Positions 29,114 through 38,715 of a DNA stretch of 64,000 bases are shown piece by piece. This DNA is from a virus. The stretch lies in the IMG/VR virus record IMGVR_UViG_3300045988_122711; one strand, written 5' to 3'. The first letter of the stretch is position 1. Every line of letters starts with the position of its first letter. The notes under the pieces are model-generated. The model was not told the origin of the DNA and made no database searches. It worked only from the letters and a program-made list of their open reading frames with translations. The position numbers were made by a program, and so were the translations under genes.

Positions 29114-29464
29114 TTATTTTATATCAGTAATTAAAACATATATTTTAGCAATATCTTCAAGACTCACAGAAGAACGTATATATAGTTTTTCTTCGTACTC
29201 ATATAGAGCGTACCCTTCTTTTATGTCTAATATCTTAATCACATGCTTGCCTCTTTCAAATGGATCCTCAAAGTAGCTCTTATGTTCGTATCTTTGACCT
29301 ACTTTGATTTTGTCAGTTTTCTTCTTCATCTTATAACGCTCTACTGCTCTACCTGTTTTTATGAAAGCTGTCGTGAGTAAGTATAATAAAACTAAATACA
29401 AAAGGATCGCTACTCCACATATTAGATCTTCTTTCATTACACTCCTTTTAAATAGTTGAACCAT
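29114..29464 (-). CDS. hypothetical protein with N-terminal TM helix
   Basis: ORF. Confidence 0.4.
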   Translation of the reverse strand: MVQLFKRSVMKEDLICGVAILLYLVLLYLLTTAFIKTGRAVERYKMKKKTDKIKVGQRYEHKSYFEDPFERGKHVIKILDIKEGYALYEYEEKLYIRSSVSLEDIAKIYVLITDIK

Positions 29465-29603
29465 ATATCCTCCAGCTTCTCCTGAAGCTCAAACGCTTTC
29501 TTGAAATTCCCGCATCTTACAGCAACGTCTCTCATGTATTCTACGTTTATAACTTTCGGATCTTGCCGGTATTTCGTTCTTAACTTTTGAACATCCTCGT
29601 ATT
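29457..29603 (-). CDS. small hypothetical protein (48 aa)
   Basis: ATG-initiated ORF filling gap, 8-nt overlap with next gene; below track threshold. Confidence 0.25.
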
Positions 29604-30623
29604 TCATCGTTTTATCTTTTTAGACGGATCCCAATCTGAAGAGAAAGGGCATTCGTTTTTGTTATGTAATCCAAAGTCACAATAATAACACAGCGCCGAC
29701 GGGCAGGGTAGCTTGTTTTGCGAAACAGGCTGGCTTAGGGTGGCGCGCCGCTTGCTATACCTGGCTTCTTCTGCTCCCTGGATGTACGCTTGAAATGTTT
29801 TTACACTATTATCTTCAAAATCATACATTTTAGACAAAGTGTCATTTAGCATTTCTATAGATTTTGTTTTACGCTCTTCATCTATCTTAACCTTTTGGTA
29901 CTGCCTGGTTCTGGTAAAGAAATAGATGTTCATATCTGGCAGAACTCCACCATATTTTCTATAGATGTAAAATGAATATATAGGATGCTGTAAATTCGTT
30001 TCCAACTTCTTAGAATCAAAAATCTTATTCCCTGATTTCCAATCTATGACATAATGGTGAACTACGTTCTTGCTCTTTATAGCCAGATGAAGGTCTACCG
30101 ATCCTACTATGTACACATGAGTATGAATTACTCCATTTATATCAACAGGCTTAGGAAGACGGTACGGCAGCACAAAATCTTCTTCGACTCCAACTATAGC
30201 GCCGTGTCTGATAAGTTTCTCACAGGGATTAAGATCACTATCAGCTATCATAAACCTATTCCCGTCTTTTTTAAACAGATCCACAATCCAAGCAAGAAGC
30301 TCCCCAGATTGTTTCATGGCTATCATCATATTTTCCGGTGATAGCCAAGGTATGTCTTCTTGGTAAGCATAGTAACTTATTGCTTCTCCAAGGTCTTTAC
30401 CAGAAGGCTGTCTTCCGTTCTTAAAGAAGTATTCCAGTGTCTTATGGATAACCGTACCATAAGATGTAGCTTCTTGTTTTTCTGTAGACCTTTTGCCCTC
30501 TACGTAAGTTTTATACCATTTCATTGGACAGGTAAGAAACGTATCTATCTGGGAATAAGATATGGCAAGACGTTTCACACCATTAAACTCCTTATATAGC
30601 AAATGCGTTTCCGGGACCATCAT
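29604..30623 (-). CDS. PD-(D/E)XK nuclease, Cas4/RecB-like with Fe-S cysteine cluster
   Basis: N-term Cys (TCPMKWY), VIDWKSG + Q..IY motif III, C-terminal C...CYYC...C cluster. Confidence 0.65.
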   Translation of the reverse strand: MMVPETHLLYKEFNGVKRLAISYSQIDTFLTCPMKWYKTYVEGKRSTEKQEATSYGTVIHKTLEYFFKNGRQPSGKDLGEAISYYAYQEDIPWLSPENMMIAMKQSGELLAWIVDLFKKDGNRFMIADSDLNPCEKLIRHGAIVGVEEDFVLPYRLPKPVDINGVIHTHVYIVGSVDLHLAIKSKNVVHHYVIDWKSGNKIFDSKKLETNLQHPIYSFYIYRKYGGVLPDMNIYFFTRTRQYQKVKIDEERKTKSIEMLNDTLSKMYDFEDNSVKTFQAYIQGAEEARYSKRRATLSQPVSQNKLPCPSALCYYCDFGLHNKNECPFSSDWDPSKKIKR

Positions 30624-30979
30624 AAGTCATTGTCTTTAAATCCTTCTGGGTAATATACGACATACTTCTTACCGTCTTCTGGTGTCATGGCAAACTGCAT
30701 GTAGTTATTACGATTACGATGCTTGCCATCCAATCCTCGTTTCCAATACAGGATACCGTCTATATCCACATAAGATCGGCCGCGGTCGGCTCTAACCACG
30801 TCCGTGTGTAGCAGATACCCGTCGGAAGACACAATCCACACTTTATCCCCTTTGCTTAAATAAGATATTCTTTTTCTTACAACAACCCTTTTCTTATTAT
30901 CCAATACAAATTCCTCGTCAGTCATACTCTTCATCCTCCTCTTCTTCTGTTTCAAAATCAATTCCATAATACTGATCAT
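30620..30979 (-). CDS. hypothetical protein
   Basis: ORF. Confidence 0.4.
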   Translation of the reverse strand: MISIMELILKQKKRRMKSMTDEEFVLDNKKRVVVRKRISYLSKGDKVWIVSSDGYLLHTDVVRADRGRSYVDIDGILYWKRGLDGKHRNRNNYMQFAMTPEDGKKYVVYYPEGFKDNDL

Positions 30980-31104
30980 AATGCTTGGTCAGTTCTTCTG
31001 GTTCTAAATCTTGTCCAAAATCCATGTTAAAAATATCGTAATTAGTAAAGCACTTAAAATCACTGTCCCTGCCGGCAGGAAATCTATGAATGCTGCTTTT
31101 GCTT

Positions 31105-31126
31105 CTTCAATTAGGCCCAAGTGTAA
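31105..31126. other. GGCCCAA...TTGGGCC hairpin just 3' of flotillin stop (T-run is on plus strand)
   Basis: 7-bp stem seen directly. Confidence 0.4.
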
Positions 31127-31142
31127 CCTTGGGCCATTGTAT

Positions 31143-32843
31143 TTATTTTTTGTCATCTCCTTTTAACTTCTTTAAAGTATCTGCAATCGGAAGCTGATCA
31201 ATGACTCCCAATGCCGGAGCGACGGTCTTGACAACATTGTTAAGGAAATTACCGGTACTGTTCTGACCGCCGTCAAATACCGTGATATTTCCGAGGTTAA
31301 TGTGCTCAAATGCCTTAACCTGTTCTCCGGCAATTTCTTTCCACTGATTAACCATCTTGTACTGGATGGCGATCTGAGGATTGGATTCTGCTGCTTCCAC
31401 CATAGCCTTAAATCCGTCGGCTTCTGCCATCAACGATTTTTTCTTACCTTCGGCTTCTGCCTCCAGCTTCATCTGAATAGCTTTTGCCTCCGCCTCAGCT
31501 TTTGCCAAATGTGCTGCTGCTTCTGCCTCAGCCCGGCGTTTGATCTTCTCTGCCTCAGCATCAGCTTGCAAGATAGCCTCTTCCTTCTGGGTTTCAGCCG
31601 GCACAATCTTTTCAGCCTTAAGCGCAGCCTGAACTTTCTTAGCCTTAGCTTCTTCCACTTCTTTGTCGGCAAGCTCTTTTGCTGTTTTTACAGCCGCTTC
31701 CGATTTAACTTTTTCTTCTCCGGCCTTCTTCTCTGATTGAGCTTTGATGATCTGTAGTTCTGATACTGATACAGCAACCTCCTTCTGGGCATTGTTGTAT
31801 CCTATAGACGCATTTTTCTCAGCCTCAGCCTTCTTAATCTGAGCTTCAGAGTCTTGTATTGCTATAGCTGCTTCCTTGTCAGCTTCAGCCTTATTCTTTC
31901 CGACTTCTTCCATTCTTTCAGCCTCGGCTTTATTTACTTCAAGTTCTGCCTTAGATCTTACGATCGCCGATTCCTTGTCGGTTAAAGTTTTTGCGATAAC
32001 CGCAGCCCTGTCTCTATCTGCTTGAGCTACACCGATCTGTTTCTCTTTATCGGTTAAAGCTAAAGCTATTTCTTTTTCTTTCTTCGTTTCAGCTACTATT
32101 GTCTCCTTTTCTTTTTCAGTACAAGCAATTTGAATCTCTTGTTCTTTTTTGGTATTAGCCACAGCCGTTTCTTTTTCCTTCTGCTGTACAGCAATTTTAA
32201 TAGCACCCAGCTTCTCCTGTTCTTCGATATTAGCCTGTGCCTCGTTCAGAGCCCTACTTTCAGCTTCCTTACCAAGGTTCATAATATAACCGGCTTCGTC
32301 TCTGATGTCACTGATGTTGATGTTCAGGAGGTAAAGACCTAACTTGTTAAGCTCGTTATCAATGTTCTTTCTCGCCTTATCCAAAAACTCATCCCTGTCA
32401 GAATTAAGTTTTTCGATTGTCATTTCAGCAATAATCAAACGCATCTGACCGTAAACGATGTCCGTAATAAGATTTTCAGTAGATTCGGTATTCATCCCCA
32501 AAAGTCTTTCTGCCGCATTTTGCATGATTTCGGGATTTGTACTGATAGCTACTGTAATGGTCGTAGGTACATCTACTCTAATATTCTGAGATGACAAAGC
32601 ACCGGTAAGCTTGCAATCTATTTGCATAGGCTCCATTGACAAAACATCATAGCTTTGAATAATAGGCAAGACAAATGCCGCTCCACCATGATATAATTTT
32701 GCCGACTTCTTTTCCCCACCTGTCTTACCGTAAACGACCAAGACCTGATTAGGCTTACATCTACGATACCTTGATAAGACTCCGATGATTGTCAAAATAA
32801 TCACTACAGCTAAGATAGCTGACACGTACATGATTGTTGTCAT
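31143..32843 (-). CDS. flotillin-like SPFH/band-7 protein (YqiK-type): TM anchor, SPFH domain, long EA-rich coiled coil
   Basis: N-terminal TM, SPFH-like core, KAEAE/AEAEA repeat region typical of flotillins. Confidence 0.75.
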   Translation of the reverse strand: MTTIMYVSAILAVVIILTIIGVLSRYRRCKPNQVLVVYGKTGGEKKSAKLYHGGAAFVLPIIQSYDVLSMEPMQIDCKLTGALSSQNIRVDVPTTITVAISTNPEIMQNAAERLLGMNTESTENLITDIVYGQMRLIIAEMTIEKLNSDRDEFLDKARKNIDNELNKLGLYLLNINISDIRDEAGYIMNLGKEAESRALNEAQANIEEQEKLGAIKIAVQQKEKETAVANTKKEQEIQIACTEKEKETIVAETKKEKEIALALTDKEKQIGVAQADRDRAAVIAKTLTDKESAIVRSKAELEVNKAEAERMEEVGKNKAEADKEAAIAIQDSEAQIKKAEAEKNASIGYNNAQKEVAVSVSELQIIKAQSEKKAGEEKVKSEAAVKTAKELADKEVEEAKAKKVQAALKAEKIVPAETQKEEAILQADAEAEKIKRRAEAEAAAHLAKAEAEAKAIQMKLEAEAEGKKKSLMAEADGFKAMVEAAESNPQIAIQYKMVNQWKEIAGEQVKAFEHINLGNITVFDGGQNSTGNFLNNVVKTVAPALGVIDQLPIADTLKKLKGDDKK

Positions 32844-32874
32844 AACTTTTAAAATTTAATTGTTGATAAAAAAA

Positions 32875-33369
32875 TTAGATACTTAATTCTCCTTCTTCAT
32901 ATTTTATATTCGCCTTGTCGCCGTTTTTGTAGGTTTTTCCAGACAAGCATCTTACTCTCATTTGCTCTTGTCTTCCATTTTTAGAAATATTTACCATATA
33001 ATGATTCTTCCCTGATCTAAATACTATCTCCACTTCTCTTCCGTTTAAATCTTCCGGACATTCGTACACCATTTCTTGCTTTAACTTAAGAAGTAACTTA
33101 TATACGTAAAACAAAACGATAAAGAAAAACGACCCTATCACAACCCCTACTAAATGGGAACCCGAAAAGTAAGTAGTCCAGCTATATCCAAGAATGAAAT
33201 GTGTTATGCCCTTGAATGATATGATGTCCGACAAAGACATGCTTAAATCAGAAGCACTGTCAATGTCAATATCCGTATCCAGATCAGATCCTAATATCGA
33301 CAACAAAAACTGTATAACAAAAGCAAATGACGCTATTAAAGCCATGCATAAAATTATATCACTTCCCAT
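32875..33369 (-). CDS. NfeD-like membrane protein (TM helices + C-terminal OB-fold), partner of SPFH protein
   Basis: polytopic N-term; C-term G.EV.IV...G...MRVRC...GDKA.I..EGEL pattern; adjacent to flotillin as in bacterial nfeD-SPFH operons. Confidence 0.5.
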   Translation of the reverse strand: MGSDIILCMALIASFAFVIQFLLSILGSDLDTDIDIDSASDLSMSLSDIISFKGITHFILGYSWTTYFSGSHLVGVVIGSFFFIVLFYVYKLLLKLKQEMVYECPEDLNGREVEIVFRSGKNHYMVNISKNGRQEQMRVRCLSGKTYKNGDKANIKYEEGELSI

Positions 33370-33610
33370 ATCCTTCTGTTATTGTTTTGTAAACAAGATC
33401 AGTCATATCTTTGATGGTCTCCATATCATAATCAATAATAACAATATTGAATTTTTGTTCCACCATCATTTCAAGTTCAATTTGATCAAGAGAATCTAAT
33501 CCAAGTTCTTTAAACGTCACATCTTCTTCATGAACTATATCCATTTCTGAATTAAGAAACTGAGTAATAATTATATCCTCTATAATCTTTCTGATTTCTA
33601 CTTTTTCCAT
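33359..33610 (-). CDS. acyl carrier protein
   Basis: ELGLDSLDQIELEMMVEQKF phosphopantetheine-attachment (DSL) motif, 83 aa acidic. Confidence 0.75.
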   Translation of the reverse strand: MEKVEIRKIIEDIIITQFLNSEMDIVHEEDVTFKELGLDSLDQIELEMMVEQKFNIVIIDYDMETIKDMTDLVYKTITEGYGK

Positions 33611-34311
33611 TGCTTTCTAATTTTGTTAAATAAATACGTTTTTATGTTTTTCAATCTCTCTTTGTCTGTTTCAGAACTTCCGGTAAACAAATAATCCGGA
33701 TTGCCTTTAGCCGGCGGCGTAGGCAATTTAGATACGGCAAACAACCAATCCATTTCCTTATTCTTCTTAGACTCCAAATAAGGCTCGGTAGCGATCTTGA
33801 ATTTTTCAGCTATTAAGTCGAAGAGCTTTGAGTTTTTAAGGTTCATATGGACTGAAAAAGCCTGAGAAGGCGGTTTCCATATAAAGTTACATAAGCTCAT
33901 TGTATAATCTCCTGACTCTGCTATATAAGATTCCGTTACCTGAAGTATGACCTCTTTCTTGAATGAGGTGTTACCCATAAACCAACACAACCTGGATTCC
34001 GCTTCTTTTCTGCTGACACCTATGTCTTTTGAATACGATTCGTACATTCCTATCATAATCTTCAACGTTTCCAGAACCTCGTCTGTCATTTCCGGTGTCT
34101 CTATATAATTTACAAAAGACGTTCCTTTGTTGGTTAATCTCATCACGCCTGATTTTAATTTCTCAACCAGGCCAAGCTCTATATACCTCCCAGCATCTTC
34201 TTCCGGCATGGCTTCGATCATAACCGTATCCTTCTGTCTTATGGCAAGAAGATTAGCAAGATCATTAGGGGTCATGTCTGATGCTGCAAGTTGTCTGAAA
34301 TTGATGTACAT
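33598..34311 (-). CDS. hypothetical protein
   Basis: ORF overlapping ACP start. Confidence 0.45.
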   Translation of the reverse strand: MYINFRQLAASDMTPNDLANLLAIRQKDTVMIEAMPEEDAGRYIELGLVEKLKSGVMRLTNKGTSFVNYIETPEMTDEVLETLKIMIGMYESYSKDIGVSRKEAESRLCWFMGNTSFKKEVILQVTESYIAESGDYTMSLCNFIWKPPSQAFSVHMNLKNSKLFDLIAEKFKIATEPYLESKKNKEMDWLFAVSKLPTPPAKGNPDYLFTGSSETDKERLKNIKTYLFNKIRKQWKK

Positions 34312-34313
34312 TT

Positions 34314-34511
34314 TTAATCAGCTTTAATAAAAATAACATTCTTGTTATTTTGTCTATCAACATGTCCACATGGACCAACAATTATGTCTGTACATGAACA
34401 AGAATCGTAATCTTCGAATATACACCTATCGCATGTATCACCTTCCACACATTTTAATCTTACAAGTCCGGCATCAAATACTTCTCCTACTTTAAATTCC
34501 TTCTTTTCCAT
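34314..34511 (-). CDS. small Cys-rich protein
   Basis: ORF; C..C...C.C pattern. Confidence 0.3.
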   Translation of the reverse strand: MEKKEFKVGEVFDAGLVRLKCVEGDTCDRCIFEDYDSCSCTDIIVGPCGHVDRQNNKNVIFIKAD

Positions 34512-34526
34512 ATTCCCTCCTTGTTT

Positions 34527-35129
34527 TTAACTGTTGTACCCTTCTTTAATAATCGAATTTCTACCGGTAGATACCGACTGGCGAAGATCGTCATGTACAG
34601 AATCTACCGTAGAATACTTGTTTCTGGTTGTAAAAATCACTTCCAACATTTCCTTGTAATCACCTAAAGCTACTTCGTATCTCGGATCTACTTTGGCTTT
34701 TCTTTCAGCCTCGGCATTACTTTTAGCCAGTTCTCGATCAAGAAGATCTTCTTTGATTCGGTCAGCAATCATATCAAGTTCTTTTTTAATAACTTCTCCT
34801 GCTGCCCGAAGTTGACCTTCTACGTCACCAAGCTGGTCTTGGACGGTTCCTATTTCTTTCTTTAGACGATCGTATTCGTTAATCATACCCATATCACCAG
34901 CATAGCCAGAAAAGTCCTTGATTATTCTGGTTCCTTCTTTAAGGAGCTCAATAACTCGTCTTTTACGTTCTCTGCTTATTAAAGACGGAAGACGATAATT
35001 CATATCCGCCACCGCCTTATCATGTATGGAGTTGATTAAAAACATCTCTCTTTCATCCCCTGCAAACTCAGTAAGAACCAAAAGGAACTTACTTATCAGG
35101 TATTCGTTTTCTTCTACTGTTAGTCTCAT
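34527..35129 (-). CDS. hypothetical coiled-coil protein
   Basis: ORF. Confidence 0.4.
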   Translation of the reverse strand: MRLTVEENEYLISKFLLVLTEFAGDEREMFLINSIHDKAVADMNYRLPSLISRERKRRVIELLKEGTRIIKDFSGYAGDMGMINEYDRLKKEIGTVQDQLGDVEGQLRAAGEVIKKELDMIADRIKEDLLDRELAKSNAEAERKAKVDPRYEVALGDYKEMLEVIFTTRNKYSTVDSVHDDLRQSVSTGRNSIIKEGYNS

Positions 35130-35143
35130 GGTTCTTATTTTTT

Positions 35144-36271
35144 TTAATACAATGACTGTTCTTCTTTTGTCTCTTGTTCCTGATTGTCCGTAACGTCTTC
35201 CACAGTATAGAGCTTAGGCGGCGTCGGCGGCTGGTTGGGGTTCACGAACTTCGTCCCGCCCTCCCCGTACATCCATCCATGTCCCGGCAGTATCTCTGGG
35301 TGGATTGTATTAGTAAGCTCTTCCATACTAACTTGCCTTACCTTCAGTATATGATGAAACACAAGTCCGGCTGTCCTGAATGATGTTTTGTTTTCAGTTT
35401 TAAACCTATCAAGAGTCTGATACCAATCTTTCCCAAATATCATATACTTATCCAGCCCGTACCGACGAGGATTATGCAAACCTATCATTAACGTACATAA
35501 CTGACCCAGTGTATCAGATTGGTAAAAATCAGAAAGACGCGGAGGCTGCTCTTGTGGACTTTTTATCCTTCCTTCTATCTCTCTGTTGAATTGGGATATG
35601 ATGAGGAAAAATATGTTTTTATATACTAATTTAGCCTCATTCATAACCGCCACCAAATCATCTATAGCCGACTTAGGATCTAATCCCATTCTTTTTATCA
35701 AAGCAATATGATCGACTTTAAATATTATAAGACGTTTGTCTTTATGTTTGGTAGCTATATGATACACAGCCGCCTCAAACTCTTTTACCGTACACGGAGC
35801 ATCGATGTATATTATATTATTCCTGATTTCACCTTGAAGGATTTCAAACATCCTCATCTCTTCTACTGTATTAGAATCTTGCCTTCTTAATATTTCAGGA
35901 GCTCGCTTTTTCATATCCTGGCTCATTCTGCGAAGAAGAAGATCTTGAGGATTCATTTCGAACTCGCAATTAACAAGAAAATAATCTTCTGCTTGCGGGT
36001 TGATCATCGGATTCATCACATTTTCCAATATCTTTTGGGCCACATACGATTTACCTACAGATGGCCGGGCTCCTATGGCAATAGCGTGCTGAGGAAAAAT
36101 ACCTCCAAGCAAAGCCTCATCAATATAATCGTATCCGGTTTTAGCGGGGATAAGCTCTCCCCGCCTGTATTTCAAGATATTCTCATACGCCTCTTCCATA
36201 ACCTGTTTAGAGGTTTTGAATATCCTTCTTATATCTATTTTATTTTTCAGATCCTCTTGCATTTTTGTCAC
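35144..36271 (-). CDS. DnaB-C-terminal-like / RecA-fold replicative helicase-type ATPase
   Basis: TGYDYIDEALLGG...AIGARPSVGKS Walker A in DnaB-like context. Confidence 0.6.
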   Translation of the reverse strand: MTKMQEDLKNKIDIRRIFKTSKQVMEEAYENILKYRRGELIPAKTGYDYIDEALLGGIFPQHAIAIGARPSVGKSYVAQKILENVMNPMINPQAEDYFLVNCEFEMNPQDLLLRRMSQDMKKRAPEILRRQDSNTVEEMRMFEILQGEIRNNIIYIDAPCTVKEFEAAVYHIATKHKDKRLIIFKVDHIALIKRMGLDPKSAIDDLVAVMNEAKLVYKNIFFLIISQFNREIEGRIKSPQEQPPRLSDFYQSDTLGQLCTLMIGLHNPRRYGLDKYMIFGKDWYQTLDRFKTENKTSFRTAGLVFHHILKVRQVSMEELTNTIHPEILPGHGWMYGEGGTKFVNPNQPPTPPKLYTVEDVTDNQEQETKEEQSLY

Positions 36272-36518
36272 CTTTCGTATCCGATTTGGATCCCCTATTA
36301 GCTTTTACTGATTTATACCTAAGACCGTTCTTGGTATGAGAACAATCCTTTCCTTTTCTCCAGCCCTTACCCTTCTTCTTGTCCGTTTCGTAGTTTTTAC
36401 GACCAAGCTCTCGGCGTTTGGCTTTCTGTTCCGGTCTGGCATTTATCTCCTTGTCCTTTTTAGCCTTTTTCTTCCTGGCTTCGGGATGAGTCCTGTAGTA
36501 CTCTGTTGATCTGCCCAT
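36240..36518 (-). CDS. small highly basic Lys-rich protein
   Basis: ORF. Confidence 0.35.
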   Translation of the reverse strand: MGRSTEYYRTHPEARKKKAKKDKEINARPEQKAKRRELGRKNYETDKKKGKGWRKGKDCSHTKNGLRYKSVKANRGSKSDTKGDKNARGSEK

Positions 36519-36569
36519 ATGCTTATATTTTTTTGATTAATAATAGCACAAAGATAGGCAATTCGCGCC

Positions 36570-37136
36570 CTATTTCAACCTGCCGTAGCTCATATCAGGA
36601 TCACACCAGACATATCCGTCTTTCTCATCATGAAGATACTCAGGACATCCTCTACATGCGCTACTGCCTGACACTATTTGATTGTTTTTATTAGGGCACT
36701 TATCTCCAGGTTTATGCCATTCTATTCTCGAACCTGATCGTTCTTTGTTTACATGACAGAACTGAAAGATTTTTCCCATCGTCTTCTCGCCGAACATACC
36801 TATATGTGTGTATTCTTCCGGTATAGAGAGAAATTCAGATAAATCTTTATACATCCTTTTCCGTTCCTCCGGCGTAGACCATAGTCTGTCAAGTTCGGCA
36901 TGGACTCTTATCTTAAGAGATCTCAGTGATGGCCCCGCAAGCCGGCCTTTAGCTTTTCCCTTATTCGGCCCTGATTCATGAACACCGACATAAGCGTTGC
37001 ATGGTTTGCACATCATAACCATCCCTAAGCCTTTTCTGCTATATATTTTATCGGCATTTACCAGCTCAGTTTCTCTTCCGCAATAAGGACAAATTTCGCC
37101 TCTTAAAACCCGTTGTTGGCGCTCATTAAGTTCCAT
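36570..37136 (-). CDS. zinc-ribbon protein
   Basis: CPYCG...CKPC, C-terminal CRGCPEY. Confidence 0.4.
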   Translation of the reverse strand: MELNERQQRVLRGEICPYCGRETELVNADKIYSRKGLGMVMMCKPCNAYVGVHESGPNKGKAKGRLAGPSLRSLKIRVHAELDRLWSTPEERKRMYKDLSEFLSIPEEYTHIGMFGEKTMGKIFQFCHVNKERSGSRIEWHKPGDKCPNKNNQIVSGSSACRGCPEYLHDEKDGYVWCDPDMSYGRLK

Positions 37137-37378
37137 ACCCTATTCTTTTGTTTTTCTTTAAACTTTTCATACAAACTGCTTTCAGTTTCCATTTCTGAGA
37201 TCTCTACCTCTACGTCCTCTCTTTTGAAAATTACTTTCTTGGCTGTCGGATACGCGCATTTAGAGATACGAATAGCATTACGAATAGCGTAAACAAAATA
37301 CGTTTCTGGTGACGATTCGATCACCACTACCTCGTTTAAAGTGTTTTTGTAATTTTCCATATTATCTGCTTGCTTCAA
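37103..37378 (-). CDS. hypothetical protein
   Basis: ORF. Confidence 0.35.
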   Translation of the reverse strand: MKQADNMENYKNTLNEVVVIESSPETYFVYAIRNAIRISKCAYPTAKKVIFKREDVEVEISEMETESSLYEKFKEKQKNRVWNLMSANNGF

Positions 37379-37715
37379 TTATATAACCTGGATTATCTTC
37401 ACACGCCTCTTTATATTCGATAAGAAACTTAAGAAATGAATCATAAGACCCCCATCCGTTTTCCGGCTCGTATCTCAAAAGACTTTTTCTCTTAGAGATC
37501 ATAACACATATACCTTTTGTAAGTACATTCTTCATCTCATTGGTATATATTTCTTTATACAATTCTTCTGGTCTCCAAACATAATCGTACAGCGTTTCTT
37601 TATTTTTTGATACGAATATTCTTTGTGCCATCTTGTTCATGTTGTGGGTGATGTTTGCAACCCATTCACGATCCTCTTCTTTCTTCTTGTTCTTAATATA
37701 AACATCCAGGCTCAT
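37362..37715 (-). CDS. hypothetical protein
   Basis: ORF. Confidence 0.4.
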   Translation of the reverse strand: MSLDVYIKNKKKEEDREWVANITHNMNKMAQRIFVSKNKETLYDYVWRPEELYKEIYTNEMKNVLTKGICVMISKRKSLLRYEPENGWGSYDSFLKFLIEYKEACEDNPGYIIEASR

Positions 37716-38706
37716 GATATTTCTCTTTTACCTTGTTATTAATTATCAAATCTGCCACATCATCTCCGTCTCCTACATTTTCAACATTTTGAAGATAGTC
37801 TGATACTTTTATCCTTGACTTCATCATCATCCCATCTATCTTTTTACTCCATGTCTCAAATGCTTGTCCTTTGTCCGGAAAAGCTACAGTCTTTCTATCT
37901 TTTAAAACATCTATCACTTCCGGCCTTAGATTCTGCAACCCACCGGTAGCCACAAATAACTCATCTGGTTTATTCACAGCGCATATAATAGCCGTCTTTT
38001 CTGATTCCACTAAATTAACCACCTTATCCGGATACTGGCTTAGAAGATGTTCTCCAAACAGGCATTGTCTAAACAAGAAGTCTCTTGCATGCAACGAGTG
38101 ATAAAACATGACATGAGGTCGCTCATTGTCACCGTCTTTTTCCTTCACTCTTTTTACATCAATCTCATTCCCCTGGCTGTCGGTCTTTATACAAAAGTCC
38201 ATGATCTTGCCGGTTCTGCATACAAAATCTTTGTCTATCTGCCAGAATATACAACACCCTTTCCATCCCCATAAGTCCATTGTTCCGACATGATACCTCC
38301 TGAATACATCAGATACCCTTTCTTTTCCCCATAGAGACGATAAAAATCTAAATACGGTGTTTCTGTCGTCTGGAACCACAGTCCTCTCAAACTCGCTAAA
38401 AGGTATGTAATTTACAACGTCAGGATTTACAGGAGGACGATAAGCTCTTATACACTTGTTTCCCGAAATCCAAAGATCTTTGTCGCCCACATCCTTGCCG
38501 GTAGGCCGTTTATCATAACCGCAAGTCCGTTCATGATCGCATCTTCCGAACTCGTTTCCAACAACCTGACCGGTCGCCACATCAATATAAGGAGTAAGGC
38601 ACCGGCTTTTTCCGCAAGCCGGGCAGGTCAGCTTTAGTCGGCTCCTGCCAGGCCTGCGGTCAAGTTGAAACCGGGGTACGTTTTCGTATCTTCTAAAATC
38701 AAGCAT
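37693..38706 (-). CDS. primase-like protein (N-terminal Zn-ribbon + TOPRIM-like region)
   Basis: TCPACGKSRC...C.H..CGY zinc-binding element; E...VATGG...VAFPDKG Toprim-like acidic motif. Confidence 0.45.
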   Translation of the reverse strand: MLDFRRYENVPRFQLDRRPGRSRLKLTCPACGKSRCLTPYIDVATGQVVGNEFGRCDHERTCGYDKRPTGKDVGDKDLWISGNKCIRAYRPPVNPDVVNYIPFSEFERTVVPDDRNTVFRFLSSLWGKERVSDVFRRYHVGTMDLWGWKGCCIFWQIDKDFVCRTGKIMDFCIKTDSQGNEIDVKRVKEKDGDNERPHVMFYHSLHARDFLFRQCLFGEHLLSQYPDKVVNLVESEKTAIICAVNKPDELFVATGGLQNLRPEVIDVLKDRKTVAFPDKGQAFETWSKKIDGMMMKSRIKVSDYLQNVENVGDGDDVADLIINNKVKEKYHEPGCLY

Positions 38707-38715
38707 AATGCTTAT

